A DNA stretch of 64,000 bases, from assembly GCA_046754465.1 (NCBI GenBank), contig JBHHVU010000003.1, positions 32,001-96,000 on the forward strand. Reading direction: 5' to 3'. Position numbers and translations under genes: made by a program. Shown here in pieces: positions 9,480 through 19,574 of this stretch (positions are counted from its first letter, which is position 1; each line of letters starts with the position of its first letter). Source of the DNA: Nitrospinaceae bacterium. Its GTDB lineage: Bacteria > Nitrospinota > Nitrospinia > Nitrospinales > VA-1. Below the pieces are notes generated by a model. It saw only the letters and a program-made list of their open reading frames with translations, had not been told where the DNA came from and ran no database searches.

Positions 9480-10802
9480 ATGAAGAAATTTTTGATTTTT
9501 TTGGCCATGCCGGCCGTACTGTGGCCGGCTTTTTCGCTTGCGGAAAACCCCCGGGGCGCCTCCCAGGCCCGGGAACTTCTGATCGTTTATTCGGGGAATA
9601 CCTTGGGGGAACTCAAACCCTGCGGCTGCGCCAAGGAAGAGGACCAGGGAGGAGTGGAACGCCGCATGAGTTACCTTGAAAAAGTGAAAGGCCGGGAAAA
9701 AAACCTTCTTCTGGTGGACGCCGGCGACAATTTCAAGGAACCCACCCGGCAAGGCAGGGTGAAGGCGCGTTTCCTCCTGAGGGCCATGGCCAAAATGGGC
9801 TATGACGCGGTTCTTCCCGGCGAGCACGATTTCGTTTATGGGAAGGAATTGATGGATGAAAGGAAAAACTTCCCCTGGATTTTGAGCAATATGGAATTTC
9901 GCTCCGTTCCCTGGCCGGTGATGCAGTTCAAGCGCTTTGATAACAAGTTGAAAGTAGCGCTCTTGGCTGTGGCCGATCCTGGATTGTTTGCGGGGGTCAA
10001 ACACTCCGGCAGCCGGGTGGCCGATCCGGAAAAGACGGTGCGGTCCCTCCTGAAAATAATCGAGGGTCCGGAAAAACCGGACCTCGTGGTTCTTCTGACC
10101 CACATGGAGCGGGAGGCGGCCCTGGCACTGCTGAATCTGGATGGGGTGGATGTGATCGTCAACGGTCACATCGGCAAGGATACTGATCTTATCGACATGA
10201 CCCCGGTTCGGAAGGGTGAAAAGATACTGGTTCAACCCGGACCCCGGGGCCAGAAAATGGGAGAACTGAGGGTCCGCATCGATGCCAGGGGAGGGAAAAC
10301 CTTCCAGCAGAAGACGGTGCGGTTGGATTCCCAATTTCCACTGGACCCTGATATGGCGAAGTTGTATGACGAGTATAACGGCAAGATCGAGGAGTTGTTC
10401 TTTGCGTCCCTCTCGGCCCGGAAGGACAAGAACTCAAAAAAGGTATACGCCACGGAAAAGAAGTGCCAGAGCTGCCACGCCGAGGCGCACCGGACCTGGG
10501 TAAATTCCCGGCATGGTCACGCATACGCCACACTCCGCAAGATCAACAAGGCGTTTGATCCCGAATGCCTGACCTGCCACGTTACCGGATTCAACCGGCC
10601 TGGCGGGTTTGTCAGCGAAATCGATACTCCCGGCCTTGAAAACGTTCAGTGCGAAGTTTGTCACGGTCCGGCCTTGCAGCATGTTCAGGCGCCGGGCAAG
10701 GGCTTTGGTCTCGATCCGAGACAGGCCTGTAAAACCTGTCACGTCAAGAACCACAGCCCCCGCTTCAACTATGAAAAGTACTGGCCTAAAATAAAACATT
10801 AA
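9480..10802 (+). CDS. Exported UshA/5'-nucleotidase-like domain fused to a tetraheme c554-type cytochrome
   Basis: Signal peptide; GELKPCGC..GG..RR, VDAGD, GEHD, LTH, NGH; four CxxCH motifs (CQSCH, CLTCH, CEVCH, CKTCH). Confidence 0.85.
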   Translation: MKKFLIFLAMPAVLWPAFSLAENPRGASQARELLIVYSGNTLGELKPCGCAKEEDQGGVERRMSYLEKVKGREKNLLLVDAGDNFKEPTRQGRVKARFLLRAMAKMGYDAVLPGEHDFVYGKELMDERKNFPWILSNMEFRSVPWPVMQFKRFDNKLKVALLAVADPGLFAGVKHSGSRVADPEKTVRSLLKIIEGPEKPDLVVLLTHMEREAALALLNLDGVDVIVNGHIGKDTDLIDMTPVRKGEKILVQPGPRGQKMGELRVRIDARGGKTFQQKTVRLDSQFPLDPDMAKLYDEYNGKIEELFFASLSARKDKNSKKVYATEKKCQSCHAEAHRTWVNSRHGHAYATLRKINKAFDPECLTCHVTGFNRPGGFVSEIDTPGLENVQCEVCHGPALQHVQAPGKGFGLDPRQACKTCHVKNHSPRFNYEKYWPKIKH

Positions 10803-10868
10803 CCGGAGTCAAACCTTCGGTTGCATCCGGGACGGTCATCTACCAAAACCGAGAATCAGGAGATCAAT

Positions 10869-11492
10869 ATGAGATATGTTTCAACCCTCTTGCTTGTCAT
10901 GACACTGTTGCTTCCCGGATCCGCTTTCGGGGGAGATAAAATTGGTGGAAAATACCAGGTCATCGGCGACCTGGAAAAACTGAAGGGAACTCAATCAATT
11001 AAAATGGTGGAGTTTTTCAATTATTCCTGCGGGCATTGCTACCGGTTCCTGGACACCTCCAAACGGTTGCAGGCAAAATACAAGGACAAGCTGCTTCATA
11101 AGAAATATCCCATTTATTGGGGCAACCAGACTCCCTACCCGGCCAGGGCTTTTTACATCGCCGACGAACTTGGCATTGAAAAGGAGTTCACGCAAAAACT
11201 GTTCGACACCAATTTCAAGCTGAATATCAATATATTTCAGCCCCGGGTGATCCGGTTCGTGGCGAAGGAGTTCGGTGTGGAAAAGCAGATGGAAGCGGGG
11301 ATGCAGTCGGAAAAGATCATCGCCAAAGTCCAGAAATCCCTCGATCTGGCCAAAAAATATGAGGCCAACGAAACCCCGACCATCATCATCAATGACGTGC
11401 TGAAAGTGGCTCCCAGCATGTCCGAAGGCAACGTGGAAACGATGACGGACAATTTAGACCTTATTTTTCAAGACATTTTGAGCTACAATTGA
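10869..11492 (+). CDS. DsbA-like thiol-disulfide oxidoreductase
   Basis: Signal peptide; EFFNYSCGHCY; cis-Pro loop ETPT; AGGAG RBS. Confidence 0.85.
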   Translation: MRYVSTLLLVMTLLLPGSAFGGDKIGGKYQVIGDLEKLKGTQSIKMVEFFNYSCGHCYRFLDTSKRLQAKYKDKLLHKKYPIYWGNQTPYPARAFYIADELGIEKEFTQKLFDTNFKLNINIFQPRVIRFVAKEFGVEKQMEAGMQSEKIIAKVQKSLDLAKKYEANETPTIIINDVLKVAPSMSEGNVETMTDNLDLIFQDILSYN

Positions 11493-11555
11493 AATTAGTC
11501 ATAAAAAGTTCCCGGGAGGGAGATTTTTGACTTCATTCACCCCGGCCCATTCTCA

Positions 11556-13133
11556 ATGCGGCCCATGATCAGGAAAATGCGATTGATGTTTGGAAAAAAA
11601 TTTAAAATATGGATATCCGGGTTTGCGATCGTTCTCCTCAGTATTCTGTTCGCCGGCCCCATCGGGAATTGGCAGCCGAACGGATCCTTTCTTCCCACCG
11701 CCCAGGCCGGATTTTTCAACAACGACCTGGAATTATTTGACGAGGTGGTGGACTTGGTCTCGGAAAAATTCGTTTACCCTCCGGATTACAAAAAATTATT
11801 CTCCGCCGCCATTGATCAAATGCTGACCAAGGCGGGCAAGGAGGGTTTTAAGGTCCAAAAGACCTCCCAGGGCCGCGTCATCAGCAGTAAGAACTACCAG
11901 GTGGAATACGATCTCAATTACGATCCGGGCCACGATCTGGAATCCTTCAAAAAGGTATACCATTTCCTTTTGGCCGAATCGCGGAACAAATTTTCCAAGG
12001 AGGACATGGAAGTCGCCGGGATCAGCGGGATCATGAACTCGCTCGATCCCTATTCCCAGTATCTGGACAAGGACGCGTTCGACAAATCCATGCGGGATAC
12101 GGAAGGAAAATACGGGGGCCTGGGCATGATCGTGACCATGAAAGACGATCAGCTTCTCGTGGTCAAAACCATGAGAAATGGTCCGGCCCGGCGCGCCGGG
12201 ATCCTCCCCAACGACAGTTTCGTTAAAGTGAATGGTCAGAACGTGCGCGGGATGCAGATCACGGAACTGGCTGAGATGCTCCGGGGTTATCCCAACACCA
12301 AGGTCACCATCACCCTCCTTCGGGCGGGCGGCCACAAGGAGCAAACCTACACCCTGACGCGGGAAATCATCTCCATCGAAACCGTCAGTTACGAGACGCT
12401 GAAAGACGCCATCGGTTATATCAAGATCACCAGTTTTTCCAAGCAGACCAACGACCAGTTGAAAAAATCCCTGGCCCAGGCCAAGCAGGATGGGGTCAAG
12501 GCGTTTATCCTCGACTTACGTGACAACCCGGGCGGGCTGCTCAACCAATCGGTCAAGGTGGCGAGCCATTTTCTTTACCGGGGGCGACTCATCGTTTATA
12601 CCCAGGGGCGGCGAAAAGCCGATTATAAAGAATACCGGGCGCATTACAAAAACAGCCTGTTGCACATGCCCGTGGTGATATTGATCAACCGGCATAGCGC
12701 CAGCGCATCGGAGATCGTCGCGGGGGCGCTCAGGGATTCGGGAAAAGCGTTGATCATCGGGGAAAACTCCTATGGGAAGGGATCGGTCCAGACCATCTTC
12801 CGGATCAGCGACGGGTCCGGACTGCGCCTCACCACGTCAAAATATTACACGCCTTCCGGAATCGACATCACCAAACACGGCATCGTTCCGGAAATCAAAA
12901 TCGTCAAGGAAATCGGGTATGAGGACGAAGCGGACACCGGAGCACCCACCCCCTCCATTCGCCTGAAGGAGGCGGACCTGGACAAATTCCTCAGCCAGAA
13001 AGGTCTCCAGGTGGACGAGGAGCACGATTCCAGCCTCCGGTTCGCGCACATGGTTCTCAGGAACATGACCATCGCCAACCGGAAGGAAACACTTGCCAGA
13101 GCCAGGGAAATCGCGGCCAATATTCACTTTTGA
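11556..13133 (+). CDS. ctpA: S41 carboxyl-terminal processing protease (CtpA/Prc-like); start uncertain
   Basis: LDPYS, PDZ GGLG, LDLRDNPGG, SASASEIVAGAL, GKGSVQ. Confidence 0.92.
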   Translation: MRPMIRKMRLMFGKKFKIWISGFAIVLLSILFAGPIGNWQPNGSFLPTAQAGFFNNDLELFDEVVDLVSEKFVYPPDYKKLFSAAIDQMLTKAGKEGFKVQKTSQGRVISSKNYQVEYDLNYDPGHDLESFKKVYHFLLAESRNKFSKEDMEVAGISGIMNSLDPYSQYLDKDAFDKSMRDTEGKYGGLGMIVTMKDDQLLVVKTMRNGPARRAGILPNDSFVKVNGQNVRGMQITELAEMLRGYPNTKVTITLLRAGGHKEQTYTLTREIISIETVSYETLKDAIGYIKITSFSKQTNDQLKKSLAQAKQDGVKAFILDLRDNPGGLLNQSVKVASHFLYRGRLIVYTQGRRKADYKEYRAHYKNSLLHMPVVILINRHSASASEIVAGALRDSGKALIIGENSYGKGSVQTIFRISDGSGLRLTTSKYYTPSGIDITKHGIVPEIKIVKEIGYEDEADTGAPTPSIRLKEADLDKFLSQKGLQVDEEHDSSLRFAHMVLRNMTIANRKETLARAREIAANIHF

Positions 13134-13177
13134 TTCTTTTGATCCCTAAATCTTTATCGAGGTATGGAGCTGGAACG

Positions 13178-13420
13178 ATGAACATCATCAGTATGGATTA
13201 TGAAAAAGGAACCGTTCAAAGCGACTTCTATCTTTGGAAAATTGTTTCCAACAACCAGAATAAATTCCTTTTGCTGCAACGGGAAGAAAACGGCCGGTTT
13301 CACGCGGCCGAAGCGGATGTGAAGAAAAAACACCTGTGGGAGGTCAAGGAAATTTCATATCACGGACCCAACGGGGAAACGTTTTACTTTGACGAGGAAA
13401 CGGGGATCGGAAGCTTTTAA
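13178..13420 (+). CDS. Small hypothetical protein (80 aa)
   Basis: ORF with GGAG RBS directly after ctpA. Confidence 0.55.
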   Translation: MNIISMDYEKGTVQSDFYLWKIVSNNQNKFLLLQREENGRFHAAEADVKKKHLWEVKEISYHGPNGETFYFDEETGIGSF

Positions 13421-13427
13421 CCCCCGG

Positions 13428-14006
13428 TCAGAACAGCTTCAGGGATTTCAGGTTCCCCAACGAACTCTTCAGTTCGTTCTTCGTTTTATCGGCCAGAAAA
13501 TTTCCCCTCAGATCCAGTTTTTGCAGTTTGGGAAAGGTTTTCGTTTCCGCGAACGCGAGAGCCCCGGCATCACGGATCTCGTTCCATCCCAGTTGCAATT
13601 CCACCAAGTTGGGGAAACTTTTGGATTGGGCGAGAATGATGGCGCCGCTGTCGCCAAGAAAGTTGTGTCTTAATATCAAGGTCTTCAAATTGGGCAGCGA
13701 GGGAGATGCCGCAAGCATTCGGACCCCCTGCTCCGTTATTTTGTTATAACGCAATTCCAGTTTGGTTACTTTCTTCAACCATTCCTGCCCGACCAGGTGC
13801 TTCATCCCCTCGTCGCCAATTTTTTTCCCGGACAAATTGAGGAATTTTCCGTTTCTTCGCAAGCTCTCCTTAAACAGCTTTTCATAATCGATGGGTTTCT
13901 TCTCATCAAAAAATTGAGCGTGGCCCACGCCATAAAGCAAAACCAGGGCCAGACCCGCCATCATCGAACCCCGAAACAGGCGCTGAACCAGTGGTTGGTA
14001 TTTCAA
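13428..14006 (-). CDS. Exported leucine-rich-repeat protein (27-aa RI-like repeats)
   Basis: Signal-like segment ending GHA; repeats such as PNLKTLILRHNFLGDSGAIILAQSKSF; TTG start overlapping the upstream stop. Confidence 0.8.
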   Translation of the reverse strand: MKYQPLVQRLFRGSMMAGLALVLLYGVGHAQFFDEKKPIDYEKLFKESLRRNGKFLNLSGKKIGDEGMKHLVGQEWLKKVTKLELRYNKITEQGVRMLAASPSLPNLKTLILRHNFLGDSGAIILAQSKSFPNLVELQLGWNEIRDAGALAFAETKTFPKLQKLDLRGNFLADKTKNELKSSLGNLKSLKLF

Positions 14007-14590
14007 TTCTCTGACTCCTTTTTGCCGGTATTCTCCTTCTCTTCTTCGATGGAGCCCCATTTTTCCTCGTCCTCGCCTTCGTCCTCGAAATCTTCCTCGT
14101 ACATAAAGTCTTCAATGTCGTCGATGTAGAGGTGGCACAACCGTTTCCGGTTTTTCTCTTTTTTGAGAGTTTCCAGGCCCAATCGGCGGATTCGGTTCGA
14201 CGTTAGGAACAGGTGTTTTAATTTAGACAGAATCTTGGATTCCGCGATGGCGATGGCGCCTTCGTCCTCTACCAGGTTTCCATAAAGGTTTAACTTTTTC
14301 AGATTGGCCATGTACTCCGACCCGGCGATGGCCTTGACCCCATCGTCGCCGATCACGTTGCCATAAAAATCCAGGTCGGTCAAATTCTTGAAGTTTTCGG
14401 AGTTGGCGATGGCTTGGGCTCCTTCGTCCCCAATATTATTGTTGGGCAAACTGAGCCATTTGAGCTTTCTCAGGCTTTTGGTTTTCGCCAGTATGGCCGC
14501 CCCCTTATCGCCGATATTTTGATTGCTTAGATCCAGATGCTTTCTGTCGGGAGTCAAAAATTGTTTGATGAGATATTCGACGCTGGCCAC
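14003..14590 (-). CDS. Cytoplasmic leucine-rich-repeat protein with acidic tail
   Basis: 27-aa repeats such as KNLTDLDFYGNVIGDDGVKAIAGSEYM; D/E-rich C-terminus. Confidence 0.85.
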   Translation of the reverse strand: MASVEYLIKQFLTPDRKHLDLSNQNIGDKGAAILAKTKSLRKLKWLSLPNNNIGDEGAQAIANSENFKNLTDLDFYGNVIGDDGVKAIAGSEYMANLKKLNLYGNLVEDEGAIAIAESKILSKLKHLFLTSNRIRRLGLETLKKEKNRKRLCHLYIDDIEDFMYEEDFEDEGEDEEKWGSIEEEKENTGKKESEN

Positions 14591-14705
14591 GGGAAATTTC
14601 CTTTAAATCAAAGTGAAACCGATTGGAATTGTTTTTCCCGGTTATTATATCATAAACCCCGGTTGCCCCAGAAAAGTCACCGCTGCGTTTCCACCGGGGC
14701 GGGGC

Positions 14706-16043
14706 TCACAACGTCCCATAGCGGACGAGGAACAGCAGGGCGATCAAGTACAGGCCCCAATGCACCTGCTTGGCCTGGCCGCAGAAAACCTTGATGATGG
14801 GATAGGAGATAAACCCCAGGGCCATGCCGTCGGCAATGCTGTACGTCATGGGCATGCCGATGAGAACGAGGAACGCCGGGAGCGCCTCATCCCATTGTTC
14901 CCAGTCGATCCGGGTCAGGTTTTTCGCCATGAGGCAGCCCACGATAATCAGGACGGGGGCGGTCAGTGGGTAGAGGGTGGTCTTTTCATCGACGGAAACC
15001 CCGCCGCCGACCATTTGGGCGATGGGCGAAAAAAAGAGCGCCAACAGGAAGAGAAAAGCGGTCACGGCCGAGGCCAGCCCGGTGCGCCCTCCCTCGCTCA
15101 CCCCCGCCGCGCTTTCTATATAGCAGGTGACGGTAGAGGTCCCCAGGAGGGACCCGGCGGTGGTCGCCACGGCGTCGGGCATCAATGCACGCGTGGCCCG
15201 CGGCAGTTTTCCCTCTCTCAGGAACCCGCCCTGCTGGCCCACCCCCACCAGCGTTCCCGCGGTATCAAACAGATCGACAAAGACGAAAACCGCGGCAATG
15301 GTGAGGAGCCCCAAACCCAGCGCCCCCGTGATATCCAGTTGCAGCCACGTGGCCCGCAAACCGGGAGGGGGGGCCACCACACCGTGGAACGTCACCAATC
15401 CCATCGGCAACGCGAGAACGGTCAAGGCCAGCATGCCGATCAGGATGGCGCCCTTGACTTTTCTCCGCAGGAGGGTGGCAATGAACACCAGACCGAACAG
15501 GGTAAACAGGGCCGGAAAACTTTTCAGGTCTCCCAACTGCACGAGGGTCCCCGGATGCCCCCGGACCAACCCGCCCTGGACCAAACCGATGAAGGTGATG
15601 AACAGGCCGATCCCCCCGGCGATTCCGCTTTTGAGATCCGCGGGAATGACATTGATGAGCAGTTCCCGGACCCGGGTGACGGTGAGCAGAATGAGGACGA
15701 TTCCTGAAATGAAAACCGCGCCGAGCGCCACCTGCCAGGGGATTCCCTGACCGATCACCACGGAAAATGTGAAATAAAAATTGATCCCCATTCCGGGGGC
15801 GAGGGCGATGGGATAGTTGGCCCAAAGACCCATGATCAGACATCCGATGGCGGCGGAAATACAGGTGGCGGTCATCACCGCGCCAAAATCCATACCCGCC
15901 TGGGACAATACGGCGGGTTGCACAAAGATAATATACGATGAGGTTAAAAAAGTGACCAGCCCGGCTCGTAGCTCGGTGGGGATATCGGTTTTGTTTTCCC
16001 GCAGATTAAAGTAGCGATCGAGAAGGCTGGCAAGGCTGATCAT
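14706..16043 (-). CDS. NCS2/AzgA-family nucleobase permease
   Basis: E.RAG.VTF, ANYPIALAPGMG, DLFDTAGT, YIESAAGV.EGGRTGL; many TM segments. Confidence 0.93.
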   Translation of the reverse strand: MISLASLLDRYFNLRENKTDIPTELRAGLVTFLTSSYIIFVQPAVLSQAGMDFGAVMTATCISAAIGCLIMGLWANYPIALAPGMGINFYFTFSVVIGQGIPWQVALGAVFISGIVLILLTVTRVRELLINVIPADLKSGIAGGIGLFITFIGLVQGGLVRGHPGTLVQLGDLKSFPALFTLFGLVFIATLLRRKVKGAILIGMLALTVLALPMGLVTFHGVVAPPPGLRATWLQLDITGALGLGLLTIAAVFVFVDLFDTAGTLVGVGQQGGFLREGKLPRATRALMPDAVATTAGSLLGTSTVTCYIESAAGVSEGGRTGLASAVTAFLFLLALFFSPIAQMVGGGVSVDEKTTLYPLTAPVLIIVGCLMAKNLTRIDWEQWDEALPAFLVLIGMPMTYSIADGMALGFISYPIIKVFCGQAKQVHWGLYLIALLFLVRYGTL

Positions 16044-16204
16044 GGGAACTCACCGTGATGGGGTTGTGGGGAAATAATTTTCCGGATCGCGAAATGCCCC
16101 TCAATTCCTGGAAATATTTTTTAATGCCTCGAAGTTTTCCTTTTTCTGAATCCTCATTTTCCGCCCGGTGAAACGCCGGGCGCCCCGGGTTTCGGATGCG
16201 CGAT

Positions 16205-18841
16205 TCATCGTTTCAAAAATTGCTTTTTCACCAAATCCATTTCCTCTCTTCTGGATTGGATCGCGCCGTTGACCCTCGCCTCGCGCAGGGTCTTGAAAAT
16301 GTTTTGAAATATGGGACCCGGCTGCACGCCCAGGCGGATCAGGTCGTCCCCGGTGAGGGATAATTCGGCCAGGGAATGGTACCGGGTAAAATACAGGGTG
16401 GCGTACTTGTTGACCCGGCCGCTGTCGCAAAAGGCCAGAAGGTAGATGACCGCTTCGGGGGAGAGGGGATTAAAAATCTCGTAAATTTGGTTTGGGGCCA
16501 GGTCGTCCGTTTCCTCCAAGGAACGGATAGCCATTTTGCAGTTTTCCCGGTCGTCTTCCAGCCGATTTTTCAGCCGCTGGGAAATCCGAAGACGGTTCAT
16601 CGCGTACTGAAACGCCTGGGGGTCCAGGGTAGCAAAAAGACCCTGAAAATAAATGAACCAAATCTCGGGTTCCCTGGGAAGGGGTACCATTTTCGACCAG
16701 GAGATCACGTCCGGCACCCTCTCGAGGACCGCGAGGCCGTTTGAATCCTCCAGCAGTTTCGGGGAAATGAACGGGAAAAGAGAAAATTCCTTCATGCGCC
16801 GAATGCACTTTAAAGGGTCATCCTCCTTGAGGAGGAGTATCAATTCGTTCAGCAGCCGGGAGCCGCTCAATTGATCGATCAATTTTTTTTTGATCGCGTT
16901 CTTCATGAAAGCTTCCGTCTGTTTTCCGATGACAAAATGAAACCGCTGTTCGAAACGGATGGCGCGGAAAATACGGCAGGGGTCTTCGATAAAACTCAAA
17001 TTGTGAAGTACCCGGATCACCCGGTCTTTGAGGTCCCGTTCCCCGTTGAAAAAGTCGATGAGACAGAAGGCGTCCTTTCCGTTCAGTTTAACGGCCATGC
17101 TGTTGATGGTGAAATCACGCCGAAACAGATCGGCTTTGATCGAGCTTTTTTCAACGGTGGGGAGTGCGGCGGGATGGGTGTAGTATTCCATCCGCGCCGT
17201 GGCCACATCGATCCGAAACCCGTTTTCGAGAATGATCACCGAGGTTCCGAACTTGGCATGACTTTTCACGCGGCCCTTCAATTGTTTTCCGAGCATTTTG
17301 GCGAACTCGATCCCCTCCCCTTCCACGACGATATCGATATCCAGGTTTTTGATCCGCAGCAACAGATCACGGACGAATCCCCCGGCAACATAAATCGTAA
17401 AACCGGCTTCATCCGCAATGCGTGCGAGGGATTGAAGCAGGGCCATCAAATCACGATCGAGCCGTTCTTTCATCAAACTCTTGACATTCTTGTGAACCCC
17501 GCTTTTTTTTCTTTCCAATATGCCCCCCGGTCCGGGCTGTTCGCCTACCAGGTCGCCCTGGAGCACCCGGAGCAAGTCCCCCCGGCTGATGATCCCGGTC
17601 AATTCACCCGATTCGGGATGCACTACGGGAATCAGTTTCTGTTTTTCCTCGATGATGACCGGGATGATGGTTTTAAAATAGGAATCGGCGGAAGTGACGG
17701 AGAACTCTCGGATCATCAGGTCTTCGGTTTTTTCCAGCGCCATTTTATGATGAATGGCTTTTTCCACGATTTGCCGGGTGATCAATCCCACCGGAATTTT
17801 GCCCTCCATCACCGGGATGGTATTGAGGTTAAACCGGGTCAGGATTTTTTCGACGGATTCGATGGTATCTTTCCGGCCCACGGAAACCACGGGGAAGTGC
17901 ATGATATCACGGACCAGGTAAAGGGGCTGGACGTCCGCGTTCAGCAGATGGAGAAGTTTTTCCCTCACCTGGACCATCGTCATATCCCGAATACTGGCGG
18001 ATGCGGCATAGATGTGCCCTCCCCCCTCGAACTGCCGCGCGATTTCCGCGACATCGACCGTTTTGGTCCGGCTGCGCGCAATCAAGTAGACCCGCCGGTC
18101 CATCCGCACGAGCGCGAACAGCGCCTGGAAATTCTCGAGTTCCATCACCCGATGCACCACATAGGCCAGGTCCTCGACGAAATAATCGACGGTCGCCGAA
18201 GCCAGGGCCACCTCGACCCCGTTGAAGCTGGAAATTTCCAGGTTGCGGATCAGATCATTGAAAACGTCCACCTGCTCCGTATTTAACCGAGGTTGAACGA
18301 ATTCCGCCACCACGTTCAAATCGGCTCCCATTTGCACCAGGCTGGACACGGCGTTAATATCCTGCGGCGTCGTAGACGGGGAAATGAGGGAATGGGTGTC
18401 CTGATAGATTCCCAGGGCCATCAGGGTGCTTTCCTCCCGGGTCAGGGGAATTTTCTTTTCGGACAAGACTTCAAACAGGATGGTGGCCGCCGCCCCGCGT
18501 TTTCTTATCGTGGTGCGCCCGGCGGGAATTTTGTTGGCGATTTCCGGATGATGATCATAAACATGGATCTCCACCCCGGGTTTCCGAATCAGGGACTGGA
18601 AATTTCCAATTCGCGCGGGATCCTGGGTATCGACCAGGATGAGGCGGGTGACCCGGTCCAGATCGATATCCTTAATCCGGGAAATGTCAATCGCCGTGTT
18701 AATTTCGTTTAAATATCGATTGACGCTTTTTTCCGCGGACCCGGAAAAAACCATGTGGGCTTCCGGATAAAGTTTTTTCGCCGCCACCATGGAAGCCAGG
18801 CAATCAAAATCCGCGTTCAAATGGGTCGTGATGATTTGCAT
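16205..18841 (-). CDS. tRNA nucleotidyltransferase with DHH/DHHA1 and CBS domains (A-adding/CCA type)
   Basis: TTH.NADFD, DHH, GGGH; CBS pair; GGFVRD, DIDIVVE, DLFRRDFTIN, SFIEDPCRIFRAIRF. Confidence 0.9.
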   Translation of the reverse strand: MQIITTHLNADFDCLASMVAAKKLYPEAHMVFSGSAEKSVNRYLNEINTAIDISRIKDIDLDRVTRLILVDTQDPARIGNFQSLIRKPGVEIHVYDHHPEIANKIPAGRTTIRKRGAAATILFEVLSEKKIPLTREESTLMALGIYQDTHSLISPSTTPQDINAVSSLVQMGADLNVVAEFVQPRLNTEQVDVFNDLIRNLEISSFNGVEVALASATVDYFVEDLAYVVHRVMELENFQALFALVRMDRRVYLIARSRTKTVDVAEIARQFEGGGHIYAASASIRDMTMVQVREKLLHLLNADVQPLYLVRDIMHFPVVSVGRKDTIESVEKILTRFNLNTIPVMEGKIPVGLITRQIVEKAIHHKMALEKTEDLMIREFSVTSADSYFKTIIPVIIEEKQKLIPVVHPESGELTGIISRGDLLRVLQGDLVGEQPGPGGILERKKSGVHKNVKSLMKERLDRDLMALLQSLARIADEAGFTIYVAGGFVRDLLLRIKNLDIDIVVEGEGIEFAKMLGKQLKGRVKSHAKFGTSVIILENGFRIDVATARMEYYTHPAALPTVEKSSIKADLFRRDFTINSMAVKLNGKDAFCLIDFFNGERDLKDRVIRVLHNLSFIEDPCRIFRAIRFEQRFHFVIGKQTEAFMKNAIKKKLIDQLSGSRLLNELILLLKEDDPLKCIRRMKEFSLFPFISPKLLEDSNGLAVLERVPDVISWSKMVPLPREPEIWFIYFQGLFATLDPQAFQYAMNRLRISQRLKNRLEDDRENCKMAIRSLEETDDLAPNQIYEIFNPLSPEAVIYLLAFCDSGRVNKYATLYFTRYHSLAELSLTGDDLIRLGVQPGPIFQNIFKTLREARVNGAIQSRREEMDLVKKQFLKR

Positions 18842-18863
18842 ACTGGATACGTTCGTGGGGGTC

Positions 18864-19436
18864 TTATTCCGGTGCCTTTTCTCCCAATACGCGCACTTGC
18901 GCGGCAAAGGGGATTTTACTGGGCAGGTTGCATATTTTATTGTCACACGCCCGGAACACCACGTGTCCCGCAATGGAATAAAGGCCGGGCTCGAGATCTT
19001 TGGGAACCCCCAGAACCCGGATGAATTCGACCGTTCCATGAAAGGTTCGAACCACCTTGTCCAGGGCTCGATCCTTAATAATTTCCGGTTCCGGTTCCCG
19101 CCAGGGACCTCGCGGCGGGAAAATGTTTTTCAAGAATTGGATCTGGGTGGCAAGCGATTCATCCTCCCCGGGGGTTTTCATGGAATATATATGCCATCCC
19201 CCGCCGAGTTTCACGAGAACATGCAGGTGGAAGGATTCACCGGGCTTCAACCGGCCGGGATCGGTAATTGATTGGACTTCTACGGGAACCGCCGGATTGC
19301 GGGAGCGGCTGAACGCTTCCAGGGAGGAATGCGCCCAAACGGGAAGCCCGGAAAAAATCAGCGCAAGGAAAGCGAATAAAACTCCCCACCGGGGAAATGG
19401 GGGACTGAATCGGCGAATCCATGGGATCGATGGCAT
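18864..19436 (-). CDS. Stand-alone DsbD N-terminal (alpha) domain protein
   Basis: Signal peptide, GWHIYS, FRACDNKICNLP (CxxxxC). Confidence 0.8.
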   Translation of the reverse strand: MPSIPWIRRFSPPFPRWGVLFAFLALIFSGLPVWAHSSLEAFSRSRNPAVPVEVQSITDPGRLKPGESFHLHVLVKLGGGWHIYSMKTPGEDESLATQIQFLKNIFPPRGPWREPEPEIIKDRALDKVVRTFHGTVEFIRVLGVPKDLEPGLYSIAGHVVFRACDNKICNLPSKIPFAAQVRVLGEKAPE

Positions 19437-19574
19437 GGACCTTCTCAACTCAACCGGGTTTCACATCATGCGGAAAAGGCTAGGACTCAAACCGCGATCA
19501 ACGCTTGTGGAGGGACAAGGAATATCATTCCAGCGCCTGACACCCTCAAGCCCGGGGTGGAACCCCTTCGGCCG

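Noticed and set aside
9620..9630. Possible selenocysteine in the CGC motif
   Set aside because: Both codons are TGC; there is no in-frame TGA.
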